DNA from: Candidatus Woesearchaeota archaeon
GTDB taxonomy: Archaea > Nanobdellota > Nanobdellia > Pacearchaeales > GW2011-AR1
Direction: 5' to 3'
DNA length: 64,000 nucleotides
NCBI GenBank assembly: GCA_964527365.1
Contig: CAZGQV010000002.1
Coordinates: 12,212-76,211, forward strand
A program made the position numbers and the translations under genes. This document shows positions 9,519 to 17,890 of the stretch, one piece after another. Below the pieces are notes generated by a model. That model worked only from the letters and a program-made list of their open reading frames with translations, had not been told where the DNA came from and ran no database searches. Each line of letters begins with the position of its first letter. Within the stretch, counting starts at the first letter, position 1.

Positions 9519-10397
9519 TTACATACTTCTCAAAACTTCAATCCTTTTATTTAAAGGGGGATGTGTCCCACCTAATTTTCTAAAAGGATTACTAAAAAAC
9601 AAGGGAGCAACAGATTTCGAAACTTTCTTTTCAACAATACTGTCTTTACTAATTTTTTCTAAAGCCCCAATCAAACCTTGGGGATTACGAGTAAATTTAA
9701 CAGCCGTTGCATCAGCAGAAAACTCTCTTTTTCTAGAAATAGAAGCTTGAACAAGCATTACAACAATTGGGGCCAAAATAGCAAGAGCTATTCCAATTAT
9801 AATGAAAATTACCCCACTTTTATCATTACCTCCCCTTCCACCACCAAACCATAAACTCCTAAGAAAAATCTGTGAAATAATTGCAACCATTCCAACCATG
9901 ACAGTCACAAGGGTAATGTATCTTATATCATAATTAGCTATATGTCCAAGCTCATGGGCTAAAACCCCTTCAAGCTCTCTTCTATCTAACTTTTCAAGAG
10001 CCCCCGTTGTGACACAAACAACAGCGTGTTTTGGATCACGCCCAGAAGCAAATGCATTAATTTGTTTAGATTTCATAATATAAAGTTTAGGTAAAGGTAA
10101 ATTGGAAGCAACAACTAAAGATTCAACCAATCGATAATAATCGGGAAATTCACTACGTTTTGCTTCTTTTGCACCAACGCTAGCTATAGCAATACTAGCT
10201 GAATTATAAAAACTAAACCAAGTATAACCTAAGGAAAAAATAATTGCAATAATCATAATAAGGAAAAAATATTCTGGGGCAAAAGCCATTGAAATCACAT
10301 AACCTAAAACAACCAAAACAATTGCAACAACAATCATCAAAAAAAATGATTTTCTTTTGTTACTAGAAATCTGATCTCTAAAATCTATTTTTTTCAT
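9519..10397 (-). CDS. htpX: HtpX-like M48 zinc metalloprotease
   Basis: 'HELGHIANYD' (HExxH), TM segments on both sides and 'EFSADATAV' as the third zinc-ligand region. Confidence 0.9.
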   Translation of the reverse strand: MKKIDFRDQISSNKRKSFFLMIVVAIVLVVLGYVISMAFAPEYFFLIMIIAIIFSLGYTWFSFYNSASIAIASVGAKEAKRSEFPDYYRLVESLVVASNLPLPKLYIMKSKQINAFASGRDPKHAVVCVTTGALEKLDRRELEGVLAHELGHIANYDIRYITLVTVMVGMVAIISQIFLRSLWFGGGRGGNDKSGVIFIIIGIALAILAPIVVMLVQASISRKREFSADATAVKFTRNPQGLIGALEKISKDSIVEKKVSKSVAPLFFSNPFRKLGGTHPPLNKRIEVLRSM

Positions 10398-10443
10398 GGT
10401 AACAGTAATATAATTAGCTTTTTAAAAATTTAGAATTCAAAAA

Positions 10444-10962
10444 CTAAGCGGGCCATTTTTCACCATGCATATATGCTTCGGCACCAACTAGTCCATCATA
10501 AGCCACAATTTTTACTTTTGCTTCTTTTAGTATTTCAACAGCATTCTTTAATTCTTTCACCCAATCAGCACTTGTTCTTTGAATCATTTGTTTATGAATA
10601 ATTAATTTTTTCACTCCAGAACTAATAATTGCATTCGCACAAGCAATACAAGGTAACCAAGGCATAGCCATTGTTAATTTATCTGTAGACAATCCTTTCT
10701 TTGCTGCTTTGAAAAGTAAATCTCTTTCTGCATGATTTGGATAAAGATGCCTGTTTGATCCCTCAAATCTTGATTTGATCTCCTTAACCCCTAAGGGTAA
10801 AACATTTGCCCCACGAAGAATAATTTTATCATTCTTAATTAAAACCGCACCATTGTGGGTTGATGAATGTTTACTTTTTTTAGCATAATTATAACACTCT
10901 CGAAGAAACTTTTTATGAAGGGTATTAACAGAAATTTTTATTTTTAATAAATTCACATCCAT
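10444..10962 (-). CDS. dCMP/cytidine deaminase family zinc enzyme
   Basis: 'HAERD' plus 'PCIACANAI' (HAE ... PCxxC zinc motif). Confidence 0.85.
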   Translation of the reverse strand: MDVNLLKIKISVNTLHKKFLRECYNYAKKSKHSSTHNGAVLIKNDKIILRGANVLPLGVKEIKSRFEGSNRHLYPNHAERDLLFKAAKKGLSTDKLTMAMPWLPCIACANAIISSGVKKLIIHKQMIQRTSADWVKELKNAVEILKEAKVKIVAYDGLVGAEAYMHGEKWPA

Positions 10963-10979
10963 AATTAAACAAATCCTCT

Positions 10980-11201
10980 TTACTTTTTATTCTTTGGCCC
11001 CACAACATTAGATTTTGTTGGCATTACAATCCAGAAAATTAAATAAGCTAATAAACCAAAACCACTAACAAAAGCCAAAGCAACTGCAATAACACGAATA
11101 ATCACAGGATCAATATTAAAATATTCGGCAAGTCCTCCGCAAACTCCACCAATCATCTGATCTTTTTCACTACGATATAATCTTTTTATTTTCTTTGCCA
11201 T
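10980..11201 (-). CDS. PspC-domain membrane protein
   Basis: 'MIGGVCGGLAEYFNIDPVIIRVI' followed by a TM helix. Confidence 0.8.
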   Translation of the reverse strand: MAKKIKRLYRSEKDQMIGGVCGGLAEYFNIDPVIIRVIAVALAFVSGFGLLAYLIFWIVMPTKSNVVGPKNKK

Positions 11202-11230
11202 AATATATTACAATAAGAAAAATTAATTAT

Positions 11231-11797
11231 TTAAAACTTAACCTTTGGTAATTTTTCTTCAGCAGGAGTAATATCTAAATATTCTTTTCTCATCTTTCCA
11301 AATAAAGAAGCAAAAACATTACCTGGAAACTTCAAACATAAATTGTTATAACCAAGAATTGAATCATTATAATTTTGTCTTGCATAAGCAACTCGGTCTT
11401 CAGTACTTGAAAGTTCCTTTTGTAATTCTAAAAAATTAGTATTCGCCTTCAAATCTGGATAATTTTCAGCAATAGCAAAAAGTCTACCTAAAACACCTTC
11501 AAGTTGATCATTAGCTTTAACTTTTGATTCAATATCTTTAGCACCAACCAATGCTTTTCTAGCATCACTAACTTCTTTCAAAACACCTTTTTCATGTTTT
11601 GCATAACCCTTTACAGTCTCAATTAAATTGGGAATCAAATCAGCCCTTCTCTTTAATTGAACTTTAATTTGAGATAAAGAATTATCAATTCTATTTAATA
11701 AAATAACAAAACGATTGTAATATCCAACCATGATTATCAAAATTAAAATAATAATTCCACCAACAATAAACCCCAATATCATATACAAATATCGCAA
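11231..11797 (-). CDS. LemA family protein
   Basis: N-terminal TM, then 'YNRFVILLNRIDNSLSQIKVQLKRRADLIPNLIETVKGYAKHEKGVL' and 'NFLELQKELSSTEDRVAYARQNYN'. Confidence 0.88.
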   Translation of the reverse strand: MRYLYMILGFIVGGIIILILIIMVGYYNRFVILLNRIDNSLSQIKVQLKRRADLIPNLIETVKGYAKHEKGVLKEVSDARKALVGAKDIESKVKANDQLEGVLGRLFAIAENYPDLKANTNFLELQKELSSTEDRVAYARQNYNDSILGYNNLCLKFPGNVFASLFGKMRKEYLDITPAEEKLPKVKF

Positions 11798-11832
11798 GTC
11801 AAATTTATAAACTTATTCCCCCCCAAATATCT

Positions 11833-12000
11833 ATGGTAATAAAAATAAATGATACTTGCATTGGCTGTGGAACATGTGCTTCAATCTGTGAAGAAGTTTT
11901 TGAAATGGATGGACCAAAGGCAAAAGTGAAGTCACAAAAAGACATCCCTTGTGTTAATGAAGCAATTGAGTCCTGCCCAGTTAAAGCAATCAGCAAATAA
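11833..12000 (+). CDS. small single-cluster [4Fe-4S]-type ferredoxin (55 aa)
   Basis: Own translation: MVIKINDTCIGCGTCASICEEVFEMDGPKAKVKSQKDIPCVNEAIESCPVKAISK. The pattern 'DTCIGxxxCAS.C..VFEM ... C..EA.E.CPV.AI' matches Pyrococcus-type ferredoxins. It falls below the track length cutoff; the track lists only an antisense ORF here. Confidence 0.8.
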   Translation: MVIKINDTCIGCGTCASICEEVFEMDGPKAKVKSQKDIPCVNEAIESCPVKAISK

Positions 12001-12048
12001 ACCTTTTTTAAGAAAAACCTTTATTAAGTATTTTTTATTTAGTAATCA

Positions 12049-14547
12049 ATGAAAGAAAAAGAGGCCTCAAATAAAAAAGATTTTATTAAATGGTTTTCAG
12101 AATTAAATGAAAAATCAAAAGAACTCGCTGGAGAAAAAGGAGCAAATTTGGGAGAACTTCACAACAACAATTTGCCTGTGCCTGAAGGATTTGTCATAAC
12201 AACAAAAAGTTTTGACACCTTTCTTGAAAAAACAGAATTAAAAAATAAAATATTGCCCTTACTAAACTCCCCTAACACTGAAAATCCAGAAAGATTAAAA
12301 GAAATTTCTGAAAAAATTCGAAAATTAATTATTTCGGTTGAACTTCCCGAAGAAATAAAAGAAGAAATAATTGAATCATATGAAACTCTTGGAACAGATA
12401 AATTAGAAATTGAAAGAGGTAGTGCATTAGATATTCTCAATAATGCAAATGAACCTATTTTTGTAGCAGTAAGAAGTAGTTTAAACAACCCAATCAAAAC
12501 AAAAATAAGAGAACAAGATACTTATCTTAACATAAAAGGTATTAATTCATTATTAAGTCACGTGAAAAAATGTTTTGCTTCCTTATTTAGAGAAAAAACA
12601 ATAAAAAGAGCTATAAAAGAAAATTCGATTGATTCATTAAAAATAGCAGTTATTGTGCAAAAAATGATTCAAAGTGAAAAATCTGGAATAATTTTTTCAA
12701 AAGATTCTGGAAATAACACAACAATAAAAGCTATTTGGGGATTGGGAGAAGGAATTAACTTAGAAGAAATAATTCCCGACAATTATAGCGTTTCAAAAGA
12801 ACTAGAAATACTAGGCAAAAAAATAGGAGATAAAAAATATGCTATCACAAGAAATTCTTCAGGACAATTAAAAAAAGTTGAATTAAGTCAAGAGAGAAAA
12901 AATCACGAAGTTTTATTGAAGCACGAAATACAAAGATTGACAGATTTGGCTCTAAAAATAGAAAAGATATTCAAAAAACCACAAGAGATTGAATTCGCAA
13001 TTGAAGGGGGAATTTCATATATCACCCAAACAAGAAAAATAAAAAATATAATTATTGAAGAAAAACCAAAAAAAATCCAAGAAGAAAAAATAATAAAAGA
13101 AACATCAAAAGAAATAAAAAAAATAAATAAAATAACAAAAACCAAAATAAAATTAATTGTTGATTCCCCTCATTTTGCAAAAGAAGCAAGAAAAACAGGA
13201 ATAAACAAAATTGGTTTAGCAAAAATAGAAAAAATAATTAAAGAAAAAGGAAAACACCCCCAATATTATTTGAAAAATAATTACTTAAACGAATATGAAA
13301 ATATTATTTACAAAGGATTAAAAGAAATGTGTGAAGAATTTGAAGAAATTTATGTTAGAACAAGTGACATAAAAAGTGATAAATTTCAAAATCTAGAAAA
13401 TGCTCCAGAAAGAAAAGAAAACAATCCATTCATGGGGCTTCGGGGAATAAGATTTGGTTTAAAATACCCAGAAATATTGAAAAGTGAACTCCACGCAATT
13501 AAAAAATTAATGACAGAAGACAAAAAAATGGGAATATTAATTCCTCAAATAACTTCAGTATTAGAATTAAAAAAGATTAAAGAATATCTTAAAGAATTAG
13601 AAATGGAAAACATAAAAATAGGAATTATTATAGAAACTCCTGCAGCCGTACAATTAATAAAAGATTTTGCAGAAGAAGAAATTGATTTAATTTTAATAGA
13701 AACAAATAATCTTATTCAATCTCTTTTAGTCTTAGACAAAGAAAATCCCCAAGTTCAAGAATTCTTCGAAGAAATGCACCCCGCCCTTATTTACCAATTA
13801 GAATATTTAATTCGGGTATGTAAAAGAAGGGGAATTGAAACAACAATCTCTGGAGATTTAACAAAAAATATTAAAATTATTAAATTAGTTATTCAGAAAG
13901 GAATAAATTCAATAGTGATTAATCCGGAAGATGCAAAAAATATTACCGACAAAATTCACCAAATAGAGGAAGAAATAATTAAAGGTACAGACGAAGAACC
14001 CCGCCAATATGAAATTTCTAAAGAAAAAGAAGTTCTTGAAATAACAAAAAAAACTTCTGAAGACAAATCAATTAAAGATTCAACAAAAAATATTGAAGGA
14101 AACACAGAAGCAATAGAAAAGGAAAAAGAAGAATATTTAAAAGAATATCCTGAAAAAGTTATTTCTAAAGAATTCATCCAAGAACCAGAAAAAAAAATAA
14201 AAGAACATCCAAATGAAATAGCCCAAACCCCCATTATTAAAGAATCTATTCCTAAAGAAATAAAAGAACATTCCGAAGAAAAATTTGATGAAACCCCTGA
14301 AAACATTGAAGAAAACATAGAAGCGATAGAAAAGGAAAAAGAAGAATATCAAAAAGAGAACCCAGAAGAAATTAAAAGAGAAATAAAAGAACATTCCGAA
14401 GAAAAATTTGATGAAACCCCTGAAAACATTGAAGAAAACATAGAAGCGATAGAAAAGGAAAAAGAAGAATTAATTACAGATAAATTCGTTGAAGACAAAT
14501 TTCCCGTTGAAAAAAAGAATAATGAAGATACATTGGGAATCTTCTAA
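12049..14547 (+). CDS. PEP-utilising-enzyme (PEP synthase/PPDK)-like protein lacking the phosphohistidine domain, with acidic repeat tail
   Basis: The N-terminus resembles the PPDK_N ATP-grasp ('GEKGANLGEL...LPVPEGFVITT', 'VAVRSS', 'WGLGEG', 'EIEFAIEGG..YITQTR'). The C-terminus resembles the PEP-utilizers TIM barrel ('NPFMGLRGIRFGL', 'IIIETPAAV'). No 'GGxTSHAAI' swivel segment lies between them. Confidence 0.75.
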   Translation: MKEKEASNKKDFIKWFSELNEKSKELAGEKGANLGELHNNNLPVPEGFVITTKSFDTFLEKTELKNKILPLLNSPNTENPERLKEISEKIRKLIISVELPEEIKEEIIESYETLGTDKLEIERGSALDILNNANEPIFVAVRSSLNNPIKTKIREQDTYLNIKGINSLLSHVKKCFASLFREKTIKRAIKENSIDSLKIAVIVQKMIQSEKSGIIFSKDSGNNTTIKAIWGLGEGINLEEIIPDNYSVSKELEILGKKIGDKKYAITRNSSGQLKKVELSQERKNHEVLLKHEIQRLTDLALKIEKIFKKPQEIEFAIEGGISYITQTRKIKNIIIEEKPKKIQEEKIIKETSKEIKKINKITKTKIKLIVDSPHFAKEARKTGINKIGLAKIEKIIKEKGKHPQYYLKNNYLNEYENIIYKGLKEMCEEFEEIYVRTSDIKSDKFQNLENAPERKENNPFMGLRGIRFGLKYPEILKSELHAIKKLMTEDKKMGILIPQITSVLELKKIKEYLKELEMENIKIGIIIETPAAVQLIKDFAEEEIDLILIETNNLIQSLLVLDKENPQVQEFFEEMHPALIYQLEYLIRVCKRRGIETTISGDLTKNIKIIKLVIQKGINSIVINPEDAKNITDKIHQIEEEIIKGTDEEPRQYEISKEKEVLEITKKTSEDKSIKDSTKNIEGNTEAIEKEKEEYLKEYPEKVISKEFIQEPEKKIKEHPNEIAQTPIIKESIPKEIKEHSEEKFDETPENIEENIEAIEKEKEEYQKENPEEIKREIKEHSEEKFDETPENIEENIEAIEKEKEELITDKFVEDKFPVEKKNNEDTLGIF
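14257..14470 (+). repeat. in-frame tandem repeat, 123-bp period (41 aa), two 91-bp identical copies
   Basis: 14257-14347 and 14380-14470 are identical (gaaataaaagaacattccgaagaaaaatttgatgaaacccctgaaaacattgaagaaaacatagaagcgatagaaaaggaaaaagaagaat). A partial third copy of the last 30 nt lies at about 14107-14136. Confidence 0.9.
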
Positions 14548-14570
14548 GTTCAAAAATTCATGAAGGAAAC

Positions 14571-14580
14571 TTTATAAATA
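14571..14580 (+). promoter_or_regulatory. TATA-like box
   Basis: TTTATAAATA ends 19 nt before the ATG at 14600, with no SD motif. Confidence 0.4.
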
Positions 14581-14599
14581 TCTTTCCCATTTAAAACAC

Positions 14600-15151
14600 A
14601 TGACAAAAGAAGTGACGATAACAAAAGAAGTGACAACAAAAACAATTGGTAAAAAGAAATCTCCAACAAAAAAAAATTCTAGAAAAATCATAAGAAAAAG
14701 TTCAACAAGAAAAAAAGTTCCTTCAAAAACTGAAGTGATGGAAAAAATTTTAATTGAAAATTTTGTCGCATTACAAAAAGTAATGACTAACCTTTCAACC
14801 AAATTTGAAAACTTATCAAATCAAATTTCAGACTTATTATACCTCTTTGAAGAATCTGCAAAAACAGTTGTACAAAAAGATTTTGCTTCCATAGATGAAA
14901 AAAGGGATACAAAGGAAATAGCAAATAAATTGGATTCTTTATTAGATCAAAATAAATTAATTGCGCGGGGATTAACATTGATGCATGAAACTGCAGAAAA
15001 TCCGGAAATTGATTATTCAATAGGTTCAAAAACCCAACCAAAAGTCGCAGTACAACCAATAGAAACAGCCCAACCACTTCCCCCTCAACCAACAAACCAA
15101 AAATCTTTAGTAAGAGAAGAACCAGAAAATAAAACATTCCAAAGTCCTTAA
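14600..15151 (+). CDS. hypothetical protein (Lys-rich N-terminus, helical middle, Pro/Gln-rich C-terminus)
   Basis: 183-aa ORF. Its stop is 1 nt before the next ATG (15153). Confidence 0.5.
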   Translation: MTKEVTITKEVTTKTIGKKKSPTKKNSRKIIRKSSTRKKVPSKTEVMEKILIENFVALQKVMTNLSTKFENLSNQISDLLYLFEESAKTVVQKDFASIDEKRDTKEIANKLDSLLDQNKLIARGLTLMHETAENPEIDYSIGSKTQPKVAVQPIETAQPLPPQPTNQKSLVREEPENKTFQSP

Positions 15152-15152
15152 A

Positions 15153-15887
15153 ATGTTAAATACAACTTCAATTGAAGAAAAAGGAAAATTTTTAATAAAT
15201 TTTACAAGAGAAATAATAAGAAATACTTCTTCTGCAGAGATGTATAAATTAGAAGAAATGTTGCAAAAAAAAGACAATCTTCAAAAACCGCAAAGACCAC
15301 AACATCAAAAAAGAAATATTAAAGAAGAAGTAAAATTAATTCTTTCAAAAAAACAAAAAAAAATAGAACCAAAAGAAATAACTCAAGAAATATTTTTAGA
15401 AAAGAGTATTTTACCAAGTAGAAAAGAAGAATATTTTGAAATTCAATCACAATCAATGCCAAGAGTTCCAAAAATTCCCAGAAAAATAATCAAAATAGAA
15501 GATCACCCTTTACCAGAAAGACTACAACACCTAAAAGCAACTGCAACAAAAAAAATAATTGATTTAAAAAAATTAAATCCTTTAGTACAAGACTCTAATG
15601 TCAAAATAATTCAATGTCTGGGAGAAAATGAAAAAATAATTGTAACTGGAAAAATGGGTAAAAAACCAACAGGAATTACTCTTTCAAAAGAAGAAATTAA
15701 TGAAATTATTGATGCATTTGCATTTAATGCAAAAATACCCAAAAATGAAGGACTATTCAAAGTAGTTTATGGTAAATTAATTTTGACTGCAATGGTGTCA
15801 AATACAATAAATTCAACATTCATAATAAAAAAGATTGAAAATCAAATACCCCGGCCAAGAAGAATGCCCCCCCACCCAATAAGATAA
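15153..15887 (+). CDS. hypothetical protein; C-terminal half resembles the N-terminal (pre-Walker) domain of FlaI/VirB11/GspE secretion ATPases
   Basis: 'LNPLVQDSNVKIIQCLGENEKIIVTGKMGKKPTGITLSKEEINEIIDAFAFNAKIPKNEGLFKVVYGKLILTAMVSNTINSTFIIKKI' follows the pattern '..D..V.EI..nG....v.......t...ls.ee....i........i....P.......g.r..a......s.sftIRK'. No Walker A/B domain follows. Confidence 0.45.
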   Translation: MLNTTSIEEKGKFLINFTREIIRNTSSAEMYKLEEMLQKKDNLQKPQRPQHQKRNIKEEVKLILSKKQKKIEPKEITQEIFLEKSILPSRKEEYFEIQSQSMPRVPKIPRKIIKIEDHPLPERLQHLKATATKKIIDLKKLNPLVQDSNVKIIQCLGENEKIIVTGKMGKKPTGITLSKEEINEIIDAFAFNAKIPKNEGLFKVVYGKLILTAMVSNTINSTFIIKKIENQIPRPRRMPPHPIR

Positions 15888-15889
15888 AA

Positions 15890-17473
15890 TTAAATTGTTA
15901 CTTCTTCAAAAACAACTTCTTCACGACTAAATTCCCTAGCTAAATCATTTAACCAAACATTTTTATCTTTTTCAATTTCAATCTTCAATTCTTCGTTACT
16001 CAAAGAAGCAGGATAATAATGATTTAATAAAAAAGGTCCAATTGTTAATTCTACTAAAAATTTATCCCTATATTTTTTTACATTACTTTTAACAGTAGTA
16101 GTTCCAAATTCTTTCATTAAAACAGCCACCGTTTCTTCACTCAAATTAAATTCTTCAGAGGTAATTTCTTCAATTAAAGTTTCATTAATTTCTATTGTAA
16201 TATTTTCTTCACTTATGTTTAATATTGTCCCATTAATAATCTCTTCCACTTCAACAGGAATAGTAATAATATCTTCTGCTGAAACATTTTCTTGAATTTT
16301 TCCCACATATGAAAAAATCTCAAGTTCACCATAAAGCCCTTGCAAAGTTATTGGCCCTTCAACAAAATCAATATTAAAAGAAGATAAAAGAATTGAAATA
16401 TTCAAAACAGATTCTCCCAAATAATTCTTTCCAAAACCTTCACTAAATTTTGAATAATCTGTAGTTACAATAATTTTGCCATTAATAATTTCCAAATCTA
16501 AAACACCTGAATTCAATTCTTCTTCTTCTGTTCTTACAGTATTTTTAACAATTTTAGCCATTTTATCAGAAGCGATATTTTGTTTAAATTCTTTCTTTTT
16601 TGAAACATCTCCTTGGATAATTGTTTCTTCATTTATAACATTTCCCGTGAAAGGACGAGAAAAAACGCCCCCGATGCTACGAATAACATTTCCAGTTAAA
16701 GTTGATATTTCTGCTACTGGCACTTCCGATTCTTCAGGGGTAACTTCAACAGAAATAGACTCTTCAGAAACTACAATTTCTTCAGGAACAACTTCAGGAA
16801 CAGATTCTCCATCTTCAGGAATAACTTCCGAGATCGACTCTTCAGAAGCTACAATCTCTTCAGAAGCAATTTCAGGAATAAGATCCTCAGAAACCTCAGA
16901 AACATTCTCTTCAAGAATAATCTTTTCAGGAACAGATTCTTCAGGAACAACAACTGAACCTCCCCCACTAGAAGAAACTCGATCTTCAATTTCTAATTGA
17001 AAAAACACAGGAACAAATTCTTCCACCTGCCCAATTAAACCAAAACCATTTCCTTCTCCCACAATATCAATATCTTCTAAATAATAATTTCCATAAACAA
17101 CATCTAAATTTACCAAATCACTTAAAAAATATTCATAACTATTTTCCCCATTTTCCAAAATAATTTTAGTATCCCTTGGAATTAACTCTCCTTGTTTTAA
17201 CACCAAATTTATATTTCCTTCAAAACCTTCTGAAATTCCTTGATCTAGATCTAAAACTACTCTTCCAACAAATTGTGATTGAAAAAACATAGTCCAAAAA
17301 GCAAATGACAAGAGAATAACAAACAACGATGCCATCAAGAAAACCCGCCTAGGTTTCGTATTTTTTTTAGGTCCACGATATTCAGAAACAACTTTTCCAT
17401 TTACCCTACGACTATGATAAACATATGGGCCATAAATCTTCCCATTCCTTTCAATATATTTCTTATAAGCCAT
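15890..17473 (-). CDS. membrane-anchored protein with acidic Glu/Ser/Val/Pro repeat region (hypothetical)
   Basis: Basic N-terminus 'YKKYIERNGKIYGPYVYHSRRVNGKV', one TM and a 26-aa acidic repeat. Confidence 0.55.
   Translation of the reverse strand: MAYKKYIERNGKIYGPYVYHSRRVNGKVVSEYRGPKKNTKPRRVFLMASLFVILLSFAFWTMFFQSQFVGRVVLDLDQGISEGFEGNINLVLKQGELIPRDTKIILENGENSYEYFLSDLVNLDVVYGNYYLEDIDIVGEGNGFGLIGQVEEFVPVFFQLEIEDRVSSSGGGSVVVPEESVPEKIILEENVSEVSEDLIPEIASEEIVASEESISEVIPEDGESVPEVVPEEIVVSEESISVEVTPEESEVPVAEISTLTGNVIRSIGGVFSRPFTGNVINEETIIQGDVSKKKEFKQNIASDKMAKIVKNTVRTEEEELNSGVLDLEIINGKIIVTTDYSKFSEGFGKNYLGESVLNISILLSSFNIDFVEGPITLQGLYGELEIFSYVGKIQENVSAEDIITIPVEVEEIINGTILNISEENITIEINETLIEEITSEEFNLSEETVAVLMKEFGTTTVKSNVKKYRDKFLVELTIGPFLLNHYYPASLSNEELKIEIEKDKNVWLNDLAREFSREEVVFEEVTI
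16758..16867 (-). repeat. in-frame 78-bp-period repeat within the acidic region
   Basis: gactcttcagaaactacaatttcttcaggaaca (from 16758) and gactcttcagaagctacaatctcttcagaagca (from 16836). They encode EEIV(A/V)SEESIS. Confidence 0.7.
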
Positions 17474-17579
17474 TCTTCTTTAGATTAATTTTCCTCTAGA
17501 AAACCAAAGAAAAATATCTATTTAAAACTTTCACTAAAAAAAAGATTAAAAAAATAAAAATAAAAATAACAAATTAAAT

Positions 17580-17864
17580 TTATGCCTCTTGTGGTGGTGT
17601 ATAAGGCACTAAAATAAGAGTTTGATTACCAACTTGTAACTGATATGCACCAGTATTTTGTAATTGAGTTACCATATCTGCATAAATATTGTTAGATACA
17701 ACATTTGCAGCTTCAACCTGTTTATTATAAACGAAACTGTTTATTCCAGGATTGATTACAAAAAAGTAAGCAATAACTAAAACCAAAACAATGATAATTC
17801 CAATTAGAATTTTCATTACAGGCGCTTTCTTTCTATTTTCTCCCATACTTCTCATGTTTTTCAT
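17580..17864 (-). CDS. small single-TM protein (hypothetical)
   Basis: 94 aa with TM 'ILIGIIIVLVLVIAYFFVI'. Confidence 0.45.
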   Translation of the reverse strand: MKNMRSMGENRKKAPVMKILIGIIIVLVLVIAYFFVINPGINSFVYNKQVEAANVVSNNIYADMVTQLQNTGAYQLQVGNQTLILVPYTPPQEA

Positions 17865-17890
17865 TTTGTTTGACCTCCTTTCAAAAAATA

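Noticed and set aside
11805-11996. 63-aa minus-strand ORF
   Set aside because: It is antisense to a convincing ferredoxin coding sequence and has no motifs of its own. It is a shadow ORF.
12159-14394. Minus-strand ORFs inside the PEP-synthase-like gene (12159..12497, 12903..13145, 13956..14318, 14137..14394)
   Set aside because: They are shadow ORFs of a Lys/Glu-rich coding region, with Phe/Ser/Ile-rich nonsense composition.
14107-14470. Possible CRISPR-like or intergenic repeat array
   Set aside because: The repeats are in-frame within a long ORF, are contiguous protein-coding units with a 123-bp period, and lack unique spacers. I saw no CRISPR array anywhere in the window.
16476-17000. 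174-aa plus-strand Ser/Thr-rich ORF
   Set aside because: It is antisense to the acidic repeat region of the 527-aa gene. The low-complexity shadow frame has no start context.
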